64,000 bases of DNA from Chiloscyllium plagiosum (taxonomy: Eukaryota). Below the pieces are notes generated by a model. It ran no database searches. It was given only the letters and a program-made list of their open reading frames with translations, and was not told the DNA's origin. Positions within the stretch are counted from its first letter, which is position 1. Every line of letters starts with the position of its first letter. Made by a program: the position numbers and the translations under genes. Of this stretch, positions 52,768 through 64,000 are shown piece by piece. The DNA lies in contig NC_057718.1 of assembly GCF_004010195.1 (NCBI RefSeq), positions 63,264,225 to 63,328,224 on the forward strand, read 5' to 3'.

Positions 52768-53419
52768 CTATACAAATTTACAACAGTAAGTTTGACTTTA
52801 TTTAGAATATTATGAAATGCTCTTAAAAAACTTGTACAATCCATTCTTGTAAAAGGATGTCTCAAGAGTGTTGAAGATGGAGGCATAGTACTTATCAAGC
52901 TGGTCAATTATGCTTTTGTAATCTGTACAGATGATAGGTCTGAGGAGGAAGAGTTACAAGTTTAAAAAGAAGCAAATGATAGTTCTTGGATGGTTTTTCT
53001 AGTTGTAGAAAGAAATATTGTGGAGAATTAATAGAACAACTGGAGAAGATCAGATATATAGTAAATATCAGAGGTAGTACTAACTAGAAAAAGAGTGAAG
53101 CACATACTAGTAAGATAGGAATTCAGCAGGGGTGTAATGGTAGATGTAGCAGATGGTTGAAGGGGTGCTGGAAAAATGAATAAATAGCAGACACCGAGAC
53201 TGTGAGGGTGCAGTCAGAAGTAAACTGGAAAGATCAATTATCCATGTTTAAGTTTGAAGGTAAAAAATCAGAAGAAAATCTGCCTGTGCAGGCCACTGGC
53301 TAAACTATTTAGTTAAAATTGGTAGTAACATTTTGATTGCCATCTATATCATAGCTGCCCTGAGATCTAGAAGTCCATCATGGGTGTAAGTTATCCATAT
53401 TTTCAACACAATTATCTAC

Positions 53420-53676
53420 CTGTAACACACTGAAGATTCACAGGGATCCTCTGAAGTAGCTGCCATGCTTCTGACACAGAGTTTATCCTCATACAGTTTT
53501 GCTAGTATTGCCATAGTGTGTGCTTGTGCATTTTTTAGTTCCGTGAGCTTCTTGCAGTAATCTTTGTTGGACATGCCACATAAACTACTGGAGATTGTGG
53601 AATCCCTATCATCCATATAATGATTTTTTCTGGGTTGCACTGCTTCACAAGTATCAGGATCAGAATTATTTTCATT
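53420..53676 (-). CDS. FAM161A: FAM161A coding exon (equivalent of human exon 2), phase 0 in / phase 2 out, 257 nt
   Basis: Acceptor ttttctctgtctttag| and donor ACAG|gtagat. Encodes NENNSDPD...SNKDYCKKLTELKNAQAHTMAILAKLYEDKL..., resembling the FAM161A N-terminal motif SNEEYF.K.EELK.AH.ETMAKLEKMYQDKL. Confidence 0.88.
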
Positions 53677-54074
53677 CTAAAGACAGAGAAAATTATTGGT
53701 TATCTGTTTCCGTTATTCACAATGTGCACTCACGATTTCACTGAATTAATATATTATTAGTAATGTATTATTGGCAATTAAGTTCCCAAACAGAAATAAA
53801 TGACATATCAAGAAAAGCAAAAGTGTGGAACAAAAGGCAACAACATTAGATTAATACACCAGGAAAGACAACAGTAAACAAAATATGAAGAATCTCAAAC
53901 ATATAGTTTAAAATGCGGCAAATATAAGCTTATTACTGCAAAATGTCTATCAAAATTATTTACTAAGATCAGACTCAAATTAATTTCGAATTTCTATATA
54001 ACTTCTTCATGGCATGTTGGTGTCTTGCCAAGACCAGTATCAGTCCTCACAGTAGAGCACACCATCTGCATTCT

Positions 54075-55808
54075 AAAGACAATGAAGGGCTAAAAGGGGG
54101 ATGAAATAAACACAATAACTATTCCTCGAGTAAAAGAACTAGGGCTAAAAGCCTATAAGGCCCCTGGATATGATGGGTTGCATCCTAGGATTTTAAATAA
54201 AGTAGCTGCAGAGGTAGTGGAGGTATTGCTAGTGATCTTCCAAGAACTATTAGATTCTGGAAATGTCCCAGATGATTGGAAAACTGCCAATGTAACACAA
54301 TTACTCAAAAAGACAGAGAGAAAAAACACAGGTACCTATACACGAGATAGCTTAACATGTGCCTTTGGGAAAAATGTTAAAGTCTATTATAAAGAATGTA
54401 ATCACACAGCATTTAGAGTCAAGCAGAGTCAAAATGGCATCATGAAGAGGAAATCGTGTCTGACAAATTTAATTACAGTTCTTTGAGGAGGTAACATGCA
54501 GGTTAGATAAACGAGAACCAGTAGATGTAATATATTTGGATTTCCCAAAGGCATTCAATAAGGCACCACACATAACAGTCTTTGGTATTAGAAGTAATGC
54601 ATTAGCATTGATAGAGGGCTGGCAGATGGAGAGTTGACATAAAGAAAGCTTTTTCAGGGTGGTAACATGCAACTAGTGGAGTGCCACAGGGATCAGTGCT
54701 GGAGCCACAATTATTTACAGAATGTATTAGTGATTTGGATGATGAAATTGAATGTGCTATCAAGTTTGCAGATGACAAAAATAGAATACAGCAAAGATAA
54801 GTGAGCAGGCAAAAAAATGGCAGATAGAATATAATCCGGGATGATGGAAGGTTATGCACTTTGGCTAGAACAATAGAAGATCTGAATATTATTTAAATTG
54901 AGAAAGCTGCAACACAGTGGGATTTAGGGCTCTTGTGCATGACTCACAAAAAGCTATGATGAGCTCAGCAGGTAATAGTGAACATCAATATAATGTTAGT
55001 TTTTGTTTCAAAGAGAATGAAGTGTTAAACATGGAAGGTCTTACTAAAACAAACAAGGCACTAGTCAGACCATAACTGGCATACTGTGAACAGTTTTGGT
55101 CCCTTTATCGAAGGAAAGACATACTAGCATTGGAGCCAGTCCAGAGAAGCCTGGGTTGGAGATACTTTCAGATGAGGAGTACTTGAGTAGATTGGGCTTG
55201 TAGTCTTTGGAGTTTAGAAGAATGAGAACAGAATTTATTGAAACGAACAAGATTCTTTTATCAGGGTAGATGCAGAGACGTTGTTTCCATTGGGAGAATC
55301 TGGAATTAGAAGGCATCATCTCAGATTAAGCAGTCATCCATTTAAGACAGAGATGAGAATGATTTATTTCTCCCAGAGCGAGTGATGAATCTGTGTAATT
55401 CTTTACTGCAATGGGCTATACAGGCTTGATTGTTAAAGAATATTCAAGACTGAAGTAGGCAGATTTCTAATCATTAGGGAAATTGATGGTTATGGGGATA
55501 AGACAGGAAAGTGGAATTGAGGAGTATCAGATCAGCCATGATCTAATTGAACAGCAGGGAGAAAGTGAGGACTGCAGATGCTGGAGATCAGAGTTGAGAG
55601 TGTGGTTGCTGCAAAAGCACAGCAGGTCAGGCAGCATCCGTGCAGCAGGAGAATTAATGTTTTGGGCATAAACGTCGATTTTCCTGCTCCATGGATGCTG
55701 CCTGACCTGCTGTGCTTTTCCACCACCATGATCTCAACTCTCATTGAACGGCAGACCAGTCTTGATGGGTCAAATGGCTTATTTCTTTTCTTATGTTCCA
55801 TGGTCTTA
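54075..55808 (+). mobile_element. Decayed CR1 (RT to 3' tail)
   Basis: HPRILNKVA, VPDDWKTANV, KSCLTNL, SGVPQGSVL, KFADD. Tail TTATGTTCCATGGTCTTA. Confidence 0.85.
55558..55741. mobile_element. PLE fold-back insertion in the CR1 3' UTR
   Basis: Inverted arms. Flanks TCTAATTGAACAGCAG (55542-55557) and TCTCATTGAACGGCAG (55739-55754). Confidence 0.85.
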
Positions 55809-55819
55809 TTGTCTACTCC

Positions 55820-56590
55820 AAACTGTCTTTGAGAAGGGAGTGATGAAATCTTCTTGTATTACTGAAGCCAGTGTGATAAAGGTTCTCCTAGTGTACAGTT
55901 AGGGAGGGAGTTCCAGAGTATTAATCCAATGCTGATAAAGGAGTTGTAATATATTTTCAACTCAAGGTGGTATATGACTTGGGGTGGTGGTTTTCTAATG
56001 AATCTGCTCCCTTTATCCTGCTGAATGGTGGAGTTTACGGGTTTAGGAGCTGCTGTCAAAGAAGCTTTCATGGGCTTTTGCAATGTATCTTGTAGATGGT
56101 ACACACTGGTGTGTCAGTAGGACTCAATTTTTAAGATGGAAGACAGGATGCCAATCAAAAGTGTTGGTTTTGGTTTGGATTCTGTTCAGCTTCTTGAGTG
56201 CTTTTGGAAATGTACTCATCAGACAAACAGAGACTATTACCACAGTCTCTGACATAATCTTATCACCACACAATATATTTGGCTGACCCACTTAAGGTTC
56301 TGGTTAATGATGACTCCAAGGATGTTAATGGTGTAGTTTCAGCAATGAAAATACCATTGAATATTAAGGCAATATAGCTAGAATCTTTTTTTGGAGATAA
56401 TTATCGCTTGTTTGCCACTTAACAACATAAGGCTAGATGTTATCCCGATGTTGCTGCAATGGAGCAGTTTGGCTAGCAGTGCAGCTAGTTCAAGCACAGG
56501 TTTTTAGCAATACCAGTGAGATGCTGCTGGGCCCATGGCCTTTGCCATATTTGGTACACTAACCCAATTCTTGATCTCACTTGGACTCAT
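55820..56590 (-). mobile_element. Old degraded CR1/L2-group LINE
   Basis: Contains the reverse complement of GTGTACCATCTACAAGAT, as at ~4261. Confidence 0.5.
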
Positions 56591-56737
56591 TTAGACTCGT
56601 TTCTTTAATAGACTTTCACTGCATCCATAGACAACAACTGCTGTTTTTTGCTTACGTGTAAGCAAGGCGAGTTGCTCAATACAACCAACTATTCTGTGGC
56701 TTTGCCTTAAATTGTGACAAATTAAGTGGAGGTTTTT

Positions 56738-59700
56738 TAGAATTATAGAGTTGTACAGCACAGAAACACCTGTCGGTCCAACTCGTCCATGCCGACCAGA
56801 CATTCCAAATTAATCTAGCCCCATTTATCAGTGTTTGACCCATATCCTTCTAAACTCTTCCTACTTACAGACCCATTCAGATACCTTTTAAATGTTGAAA
56901 TTGTACCATCTCCTCTGGCAGCTCATTCCATACATGTATCACTCTCTGCGGGGAAAGGTCACCCCTTAGATCCCTTTTAAATATTTCCCCTCTCATCTTA
57001 AACATATGGCCCTGAGTTTTGGATTCGCCTAACCGGGGAAAAGACCTTGGCTAATCACTCCATCTATGCCCCTCATGATTTCATAAATCTCTGGAAGAAC
57101 TCTCCAGGGAAAATAGCCCCAGCCTCTCCCTATATCTCAAACCATCCAACCCTGACAACATCCTTGTAAATCTTTTCTGAACCCTCTCAAGTTTCACAAC
57201 ATCCTTCCGATAGCAGGGACCTCAGAATTGCACATAGTATTCCAGAAGTGGCCAAACCAATGTCATGCACAGCTGCAACAAGACTCCCAACTCCTATACT
57301 CAATGCACTGACCAATAAAGACATGCATACCGAGTGCCTTCTTTAATGCCCTATTTACCTGTGACTCTACTTTTGAGGAACTATTAACCTGCACTCCAAG
57401 ATCTCTTTGTTCGGCAATATTATAGAACATAAAACATTACAGCGCAGTACAGATCCTTCGGCCCTTGATGTTGCGCTGACCTGTGGAACCAATCTGAAGC
57501 CCACCTAACGTACATTATTGCACTCTTGTCCATATGCCTATCTAATGATCATTTAAATGCCCTTGAAGTAGGCGAGTCTACTACTGCTGCAGGCAGTGCA
57601 TTCCACGCCACTACTACTCTGAGTAAAGAAACTACTTCTGACATCTGTCCAATATCTATCACCCCTCAATGTAAAGCTACGTCCCCTCATGCTAGCCATC
57701 ACCATCTGAGGAAAAAGGCTCTCACCGTCCAACCTATCTAACCCTCTGATTATCTTGTATGTCTCAATTAGGTCGCCTCTCAACCTCTTCTCTCTAACAT
57801 AAACAGGCTTTCCTCGTAAGACCTGCCCTCCATACCAGGCAACATCCTAGTAAAACTCGCCTGAACCCTTTCCAAAGCTTCCACATCCTTCCTATAATGC
57901 GGTGAACAAAACTGTACGCAATACTCCAAATATGGCTGCACCAGAGTTTTGTACAGCTGCAGCATGGTCTCATGGTTCCGAAACTCAATCCCTCTACCAA
58001 TAAAAGCTTACACATCGTATGCCTTCTTAACAACCCTATCAACCTGGGTGGCAATTTTTCAAGGATCTATGTACCTGACACAGAGATCTCTCTGTTAGCT
58101 TTTATTGGTAGTAGTGGCTTGGAATGCACTGCCTGCAGCAGTTATAGACTCACCAACTTCAAGGGCATTTAAATGATCATTGGATAGGCATATGGACGAG
58201 AACGGAATAATGTACGTTAGGTGGGCTTCAGATTGGTTCCACAGGTCGGCGCAACATCAAGGGCCTGTAATGTTTTATGTTCTATAATATTGCCGAACAA
58301 AGAGATCTTGGAGTGCAGGTTCATAGTTCCTTGAAAGTGGAGTCACAGGTAGTTAAGACATTGAAGAAGGCACTTGGTATGCATGTCTTTATTGGTCAGT
58401 GCATTCAGTATAGGAGTTGGGAGGTCTACACTGCCAAGAATCTTACCATTAGTCCAGTATTCTGCATTCCTGGTACTCTTTCCAAAGTGAATCACCTCAT
58501 ACTTTTCTGCATTAAACTCCATTTGCCAGCTCTTAGTCCAACTCTGCAGCTTATCTTTGTCTCTCTGTAACCTACAACATCCTTCGTCACTATCCATAGC
58601 TCTACCGACTGTAGTAGTGTCATTCGCAAATTTACTAACCCATCCTTCTACTCCCTCATCCAGGTCATTTATAGAAATGACAAACAACAGTGGACCCAAA
58701 ACAGATCCTTGTGGTACCCCACTAGGAACTGAACTCCAGGATAAATATTTCCCATCAACCACAACCCTGTCATCTTTCAGCAAGCCAATTTCTGGCTAAA
58801 TCACCCTCAATCCCATGCCTCCGTATTTTGTGCAATAGCCTACCGTGGGGAACCTTATCAAACACCTTACTGAAATCCACATACACCACATCAACTACGT
58901 TTCTCTCATCCACATGTTTGGTCATCTTCTCAAAGAATTCAAGAAGGTTTGTTAGGCACATCCTACCCTTCACAAAACCGTGTTGACAATTCCTTATCAA
59001 CTTTTTCCTCTCTAGTTGATTATAAATCCTATTTCTTATAACCCTTCCCAGCACATTACCTACAACCAAAGTAAGGCTCATAGGTATATAATTTCCAGGG
59101 TTGTCTCTACTCCCCTTCTTGAACAAGGGCAACATTTGCTATCCTCCAGTCTTCTGGCACTATTCCTGAAGACAAAAATGACATAAAGATTAAAACTGAA
59201 GGCCCTGCAATCTCCTCCCTGGCTTCCCAGAGAATCTTAGGATAAATCCCAACTGGACCAGGAGACTTATCCAATTTTACATTCCCCAGGACCTTATAAT
59301 TAAGTGTATACGTCCTACCCTAATTTGCCTTTTCAAAATGCAGCACCTCACAATTATCTAAATTAAACTCCATCTGCCACTTCTTGACCTATTGGCCCAT
59401 CTGATCAAGATCCTGTTGTACTCTGATGTAGCCTTCTTTGCTGTCCATTATACCTCCAATTTTGGTGTCATCTGCAAGCTTGCTACCGCACCACCTAAGG
59501 TCACATGCAAATCACTTATACAAATGTAAAAAAGCAGTGGATTCCACACTGATCCTTGTGGCATGTTGCTAGTCACAGGCCTCCAGTCTGAAAAGTAACC
59601 CTCCACCACCACCCTCTGTCTCCTACCTTCGAGCCAATTTTGTATTCCCTGGATTCCATGTGATGTAACCTTGCTAATCATATGGAACATTGTTCAATGC

Positions 59701-60090
59701 CTTGCTGAAGTCCATAGAGACAATGTCCGCCACTCTGCCTTCATCAATCTTCTTCGTCCCTTCTTCAATAAACTAAATCAAGTTAGTGAAATACGGTTTC
59801 CCACACACAAAGCCATGTTGACTATTGCTAATCAGTCCTTGCCTTTGCAAATACATGTAAATCCTGTCCCTCAGGATTATCTCCAGTGACTTGCCCACCA
59901 CTAACATCAGGTTCACTGGTCTATGTGTTCCCTGGCTTTTCCTTACCACCTTTCTTAAATAATGGCACCCCTGGCATCCACCCTCCAGTCTTATGGCATG
60001 TCACCCGTGGCTACCGATGATACAAATATCTCACCAAAGGGCCCAACATTCACTTCTCTAGCTTCCCACAAAGTTCTGATCAGGTCCTGG
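56738..60090 (-). mobile_element. Nested CR1 cluster: an older CR1 (56738-57420, resuming ~59300-60090) with a younger CR1 (~57421-59290) inserted
   Basis: Two sets of RT motifs (GVPQGSVLGPLLFVI, DFSKVFDKVPH, LEYCVQF). Internal TTCTA tail at ~57421-57440. Confidence 0.85.
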
Positions 60091-60579
60091 GGATTATGTG
60101 CCAGTGCTCAAAAATTAGGAGTCGCCCATTTAAAGAAAACAGATGTAATTATTTCTTTCGTAGGATTGTGATTGTTTGGAATTCTCTTCCAGACAAGGTG
60201 ATAGATGTAGGTTCTTGAATATTTTAAAGGCAGTGATGGATAGATTCTTGTTATCAAGGAGTTGCAAGATTATCAGGAATAGGTAGGAATGTGGATCTGA
60301 AGTTACAATAAGATCAGCCAAGGTTAGCAGGTCAACTCCTTTACTGTAACCTGGATTCACATAATTTAGTCATGTCTTGCTGTTCTTTTCCCAAGAGAAA
60401 AAAAATAACCCCACTATTCTCCTCCTCAAACCAAATGTTTTCTCAGCCTGGGCATATTTCTTAAATGGTGAGATGTTGCAAAGTAAATGTACCAAGGACC
60501 TAGGTGTCCTTGTCAATAAGTCACAGAAGGCTAACATGCAGGTACACCAAGCTGTGATGAAGGTTAATGAAATGTTTAT

Positions 60580-61390
60580 TAAAAAAAGTGATTGCTGGAG
60601 AAACTCAGCAGGTCTGGCAGCAAATGGGGAGTCAATGCTTTGGGTCCAGTCTCTCAATGACTAGTGGTAGCTAAGAAAAGGTGGTATATATCCTGAAGAT
60701 GGTGGGGGTGGTAAGGAAGTAAGCAATAGAGGCAATAGGAGCCTTGGGGGGGAAATAAAGACATCAAGGCAGACATAAGGATGGATAATGGTGATCCAGG
60801 GAGAAAGAACAGCTGCTAATGGAAACCATAGGTAAGTGACATTGGGTTGGCAATGATGTAAGCAGCCCACGTGATGACAGGGCCTACGTTGTTAAAGGAC
60901 AAGGTTAGGGTTATTGAACTCAATATTGAGTCCTGAAGGCTGCAGGGTCCCCAAGTGGAAAGTGAGATGCTCTTCTTCCGGTTTGCACTGCGCATCACTG
61001 GATCACTGCAACAGGCACGAGACAGAAATGTTGCCCGGTGAACACGGTGGTGTGTTGAAGTGACAAGTGACTAGAAGCTTGGATTGTTTTTGTGGAAAGA
61101 ACATAGGTTTTCTGCAAAGCAGTGACCCAGTCTGCGTTTGCTCTCCCAGTGGAGAAGAAACCACATTGTGAGCAGCGATTACAATAGATTAGATTGAATG
61201 AAGTGCAGGTTAAGTGCTGCTTCACCTGAAAAGTGTGTTTAGTCCTTTGGATAGTGAGGAGGGAGGAAGGTGCATTGGGCTTGGGGAAGTGTTGAGAGTG
61301 GAGGAGGAGTGGACGAGGGTGTTCTGGCTGGAACGGGCCTGTGGAATGTTGATAAGGGAGGGGAGGGGAATATGTGCTTGGTAGTGGTGA
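60580..61390 (-). mobile_element. Old PLE 3' fragment (GIY-YIG and terminus) inserted in a CR1 remnant (~60440-61500)
   Basis: NLIYCNRCSQCG remnant and terminus GCTGGAGAAACTCAGCAGGTCTGGCAGCA. Confidence 0.7.
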
Positions 61391-61514
61391 CAGAAGTGGT
61401 GACTTATGAAATGTTAGCCTTGATCAAAATAGGATTTGAGGACGGAGATAGTGAAGTTCTGCTTCAACTGTATAGACATTTGGTTAGAAGCGCTATGTGC
61501 AGGTTTAGTCTCAG

Positions 61515-62560
61515 AGTCAAAGAGTTATACAGCATGGAAAAAGACCCTTCAGTCCAACCAGTCCATGCTGAACATAATCCCAAACTAAATTAGTCCCACC
61601 TGCCTGCTCCTGGCCCATATCCCTCCTAACCTTTCCTATTCGTGTACATGTCTAACATTGTAATTGTACCTGCATCCATCACTTCCTCAGGAAGTTCATT
61701 CTATACCCAAATCACCTTCTGTATAAAGGATTTATTTCTTTTTTTTAAATCTCTCTCCTCTCACCTTAAAAATATGCCCCCCAGTCTTGAAATCCTCATT
61801 CTAGCGAAAAGGCAACTACCATTAACTCTATCTATACCTCTTATTATTTTATAAACTTCTATCATGTCACCTTTCAACTTCCTACACTCCAATGAAAAAA
61901 GTCCCAGCCTATCCAGCTTTTCTTTATAACTCAAATCTTCCATACCTGGCAACATGTTGGTAAATCTCTTCTGAACCATCTCCAGCTTGATAATATCTTT
62001 CCTGTAACTGGGTGACCAGAACTGGACACAGTATTCCAGAAGAGGCCTCACTAATGTCCTATACAACCTCCACATGACTTTCCCAATTCCTATACTCAAA
62101 GGACTGAGCAATGAAGGCAAGCAAGCCAAATGCCTTTTTAACCACCCTGTCTATTTGTGATTCAACTTTAAAGAATTATTTACCTGCACCCCTAGGTCCC
62201 TCTATTCTACAACATTACCCAAGGCCCTACCATTAATTTTATAAGCCCTACCCTTGTGTACCAAAATGCAATACCTCATATTTATCTAGATTGAACTCCA
62301 TCTGCCATTTGTCAGCCCATTTGATCAAAATCCCTTTGTAATCTTTAAAAGCTTTTTTCACAGTCTAATATGCCACCAGTTTTGGTGTAATCCACAAACT
62401 TACAAACCAATCCTTCTATATTCTTATCCAAATCATTTATATAAATACCAAATAAAATATGGCCCAGAACCAATCCCTGTGGAGCAGGTCTTCAGTCTGA
62501 AAAGCATCCCTCCACCATTATTCCCTGTCTCCTGCCATTAAGACAATTCTGTGTCCAATT
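61515..62560 (-). mobile_element. CR1 3' fragment
   Basis: LYRTLVRPLLEYCVQFWSP...KGDMIEVYKII. Confidence 0.88.
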
Positions 62561-63084
62561 GTTCTAAGAAGGTTTGAGGAATGTTCTGTTAATTCACAAT
62601 AGAATTTTCTGAAGGGACATCATTCATTACAGAATGAATGCAACAATGTTCGAACAAATCTATCTGAATAAACGTGTGTTTGATACACTATGCAAAACAA
62701 AGAAAACTACTTTGGCAATTGTTTCTGCTTCTGTAAGAAATATTCCATTATGACAAGCAAGGTCATGTGGAATCCATTGAGAATTCCTATAGTTACACCT
62801 GGTCTCCCCATTGAGCAGAAATGTTTATGACTGACCACCAGTGCGGAAGTTAAATTCAAATCCAGACAGTCTTACTCAGAGTATTCCAGTGCACTCATTA
62901 TTTTGTTCCCCATTTCCTGAAGTTCACTTTCACTCAGATTTCATTCCTGAGTTAATGCCCCAAGTAGCTAGGGAGTGGCTGTTGATTATTGAGGAGTATG
63001 AGGAACAGGCTATTCAATTAAAACGAGATGGAAACGTGTTGCTGGAAAAGCGCAGCAGGTCAGGCAGCATCTAGGGAACAGGAG

Positions 63085-63120
63085 AATCGACGTTTCGGGC
63101 ATTAGCCCTTCTTCAGGAAT
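63085..63120 (-). ncRNA. Minimal hammerhead ribozyme motif (downstream copy)
   Basis: Identical to 63344-63379. Confidence 0.7.
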
Positions 63121-63343
63121 CTGTGCAGAGGAGATGACCTGGGGGGTGCAGTGAGAGAGGGACTCACTGAAACCTTTGTAGAGGGAGAAAGAGAGCTTCT
63201 TCAAGGAAGGCATCCTTGTAAGAGGATTCGCAGTAGGTTGAAATCTTTGAGGAGAAAGTGAGGTCTGCAGATGCTGGAGATCAGAGATGGAAATGTGTTG
63301 CTGGAAAAGCGCAGCAGGTCAGGCAGCATCTAGGGAACAGGAG

Positions 63344-63379
63344 AATCGACGTTTCGGGCATTAGCCCTTCTTCAGGAAT
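63344..63379 (-). ncRNA. Minimal hammerhead ribozyme motif (upstream copy)
   Basis: AUUC-CUGAAGA-A-GGGC(UAAU)GCCC-GAAA-C-GUC|GAUU. Confidence 0.7.
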
Positions 63380-64000
63380 TGAAACCTTTGGTCCATTCCC
63401 CTATTTTTGCCCAGCATAAATAAATGGTGCTGATTCTTGAAGATTTCAATTCTCCCATTATCCAGAGCCCTATTTAGGAATGAGTTCTAGATTTTCACTG
63501 CCTTTTTACATAAGAGAGATCACTCCCATATGGCAATCTATTATTTCCTCTTTCCCTAAGAATGTTTCTTTTTACTATATTTACATTATTGAACTTGTTC
63601 ATTAAGTGATGAATTTAGAGGGCTGTAGAGTAGACTAGCTCTTTTGGGAGATAGTACAGACACGATAAGTTGAATGGCCTCCTTCTGTACTGCAAAATTC
63701 TATGATTCAATGATGGACCGAATTGAATTGACTGAAGATGGGAAGACTATGATGTGGAGGCTGAAACTGATGCTCCACTCAGCATTTCTGATTGAAGATG
63801 GTTGGAAATCCTTCAGCTTTCACTTTTGTACTCATGTTCTAGACTACAACATCATTGAAGATAGAATTTTCATCGAGCCTTCTTTTCCTCTTAGTTGTTT
63901 AATTGTCCAACACCATTCATGACTGAGTGTGATACGACTGAGAGCTCTGATCTGCTCCATTGTTTAAAGGCTCATTTAGATCTGTCTGCAGAGTGCACTA

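Larger units (their letters stand above)
63025..63379 (-). mobile_element. Tandem PLE pseudo-LTR unit with two same-strand hammerhead motifs (period 259 nt)
   Basis: Direct repeat 63025-63120 / 63284-63379. The spacer contains the tail plus a short reading frame (MPSLKKLSFSLYKGFSES...), presumably the PLE ORF start. Confidence 0.9.

Noticed and set aside
52768..52907. N-terminal extension of the 436-aa ORF (MTSLIST...)
   Set aside because: TTG start and no family similarity. It is most likely open intron sequence upstream of the phase-compatible acceptor at 52767.
56591..56735. Candidate FAM161A first exon (unique sequence with a minus-strand gtaagc)
   Set aside because: No suitable start codon or resemblance to FAM161A N-termini. 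Exon 1 is probably beyond the window.
761..63379. Dispersed GCTGGAAAAGC.CAGCAGGTCAGGCAGCATC repeats read as a CRISPR array or DNA-transposon MITE family
   Set aside because: The DNA is eukaryotic, spacing is irregular, and the repeats are contiguous with PLE RT and GIY-YIG sequence. Asymmetric arms and variable fold points argue against TIR elements.

Overview
Vertebrate genomic DNA, very probably an elasmobranch (shark). The evidence is HE1/V-SINE-type and DeuSINE-type SINEs, abundant CR1 LINEs and Penelope-like elements (PLEs). One host gene is supported: FAM161A on the minus strand, with six coding exons (53420-53676, 51601-52767, 49443-49610, 43645-43744, 40681-40841, 39513-39627). All have GT/AG sites with matching phases and give about 655 aa; the first exon was not found in the window. 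The rest is mostly nested retroelements: a full-length decayed L1 with target-site duplication (TSD), an ORF1-only L1 with TSD, a Tx1-like 3' end, many CR1 copies, RTE remnants, two related solo LTRs, a TA-flanked MITE and an 803-nt N gap. The most striking structure is a set of short PLE-derived fold-back insertions. Seven have 15-17 bp TSD-like flanks, and several carry a minimal type-I hammerhead ribozyme motif (CUGANGA-A-helix II-GAAAC-GUC). They include a perfect 188-bp palindrome with back-to-back ribozymes and a 259-nt tandem unit bounded by two same-strand ribozymes. Three independent junctions break at the same nucleotide, a putative Initiator +1. Several templated inverted or direct duplications sit at LINE junctions. 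Repeat family names come from motif recognition only, without a database search, and boundaries of old repeats are approximate.
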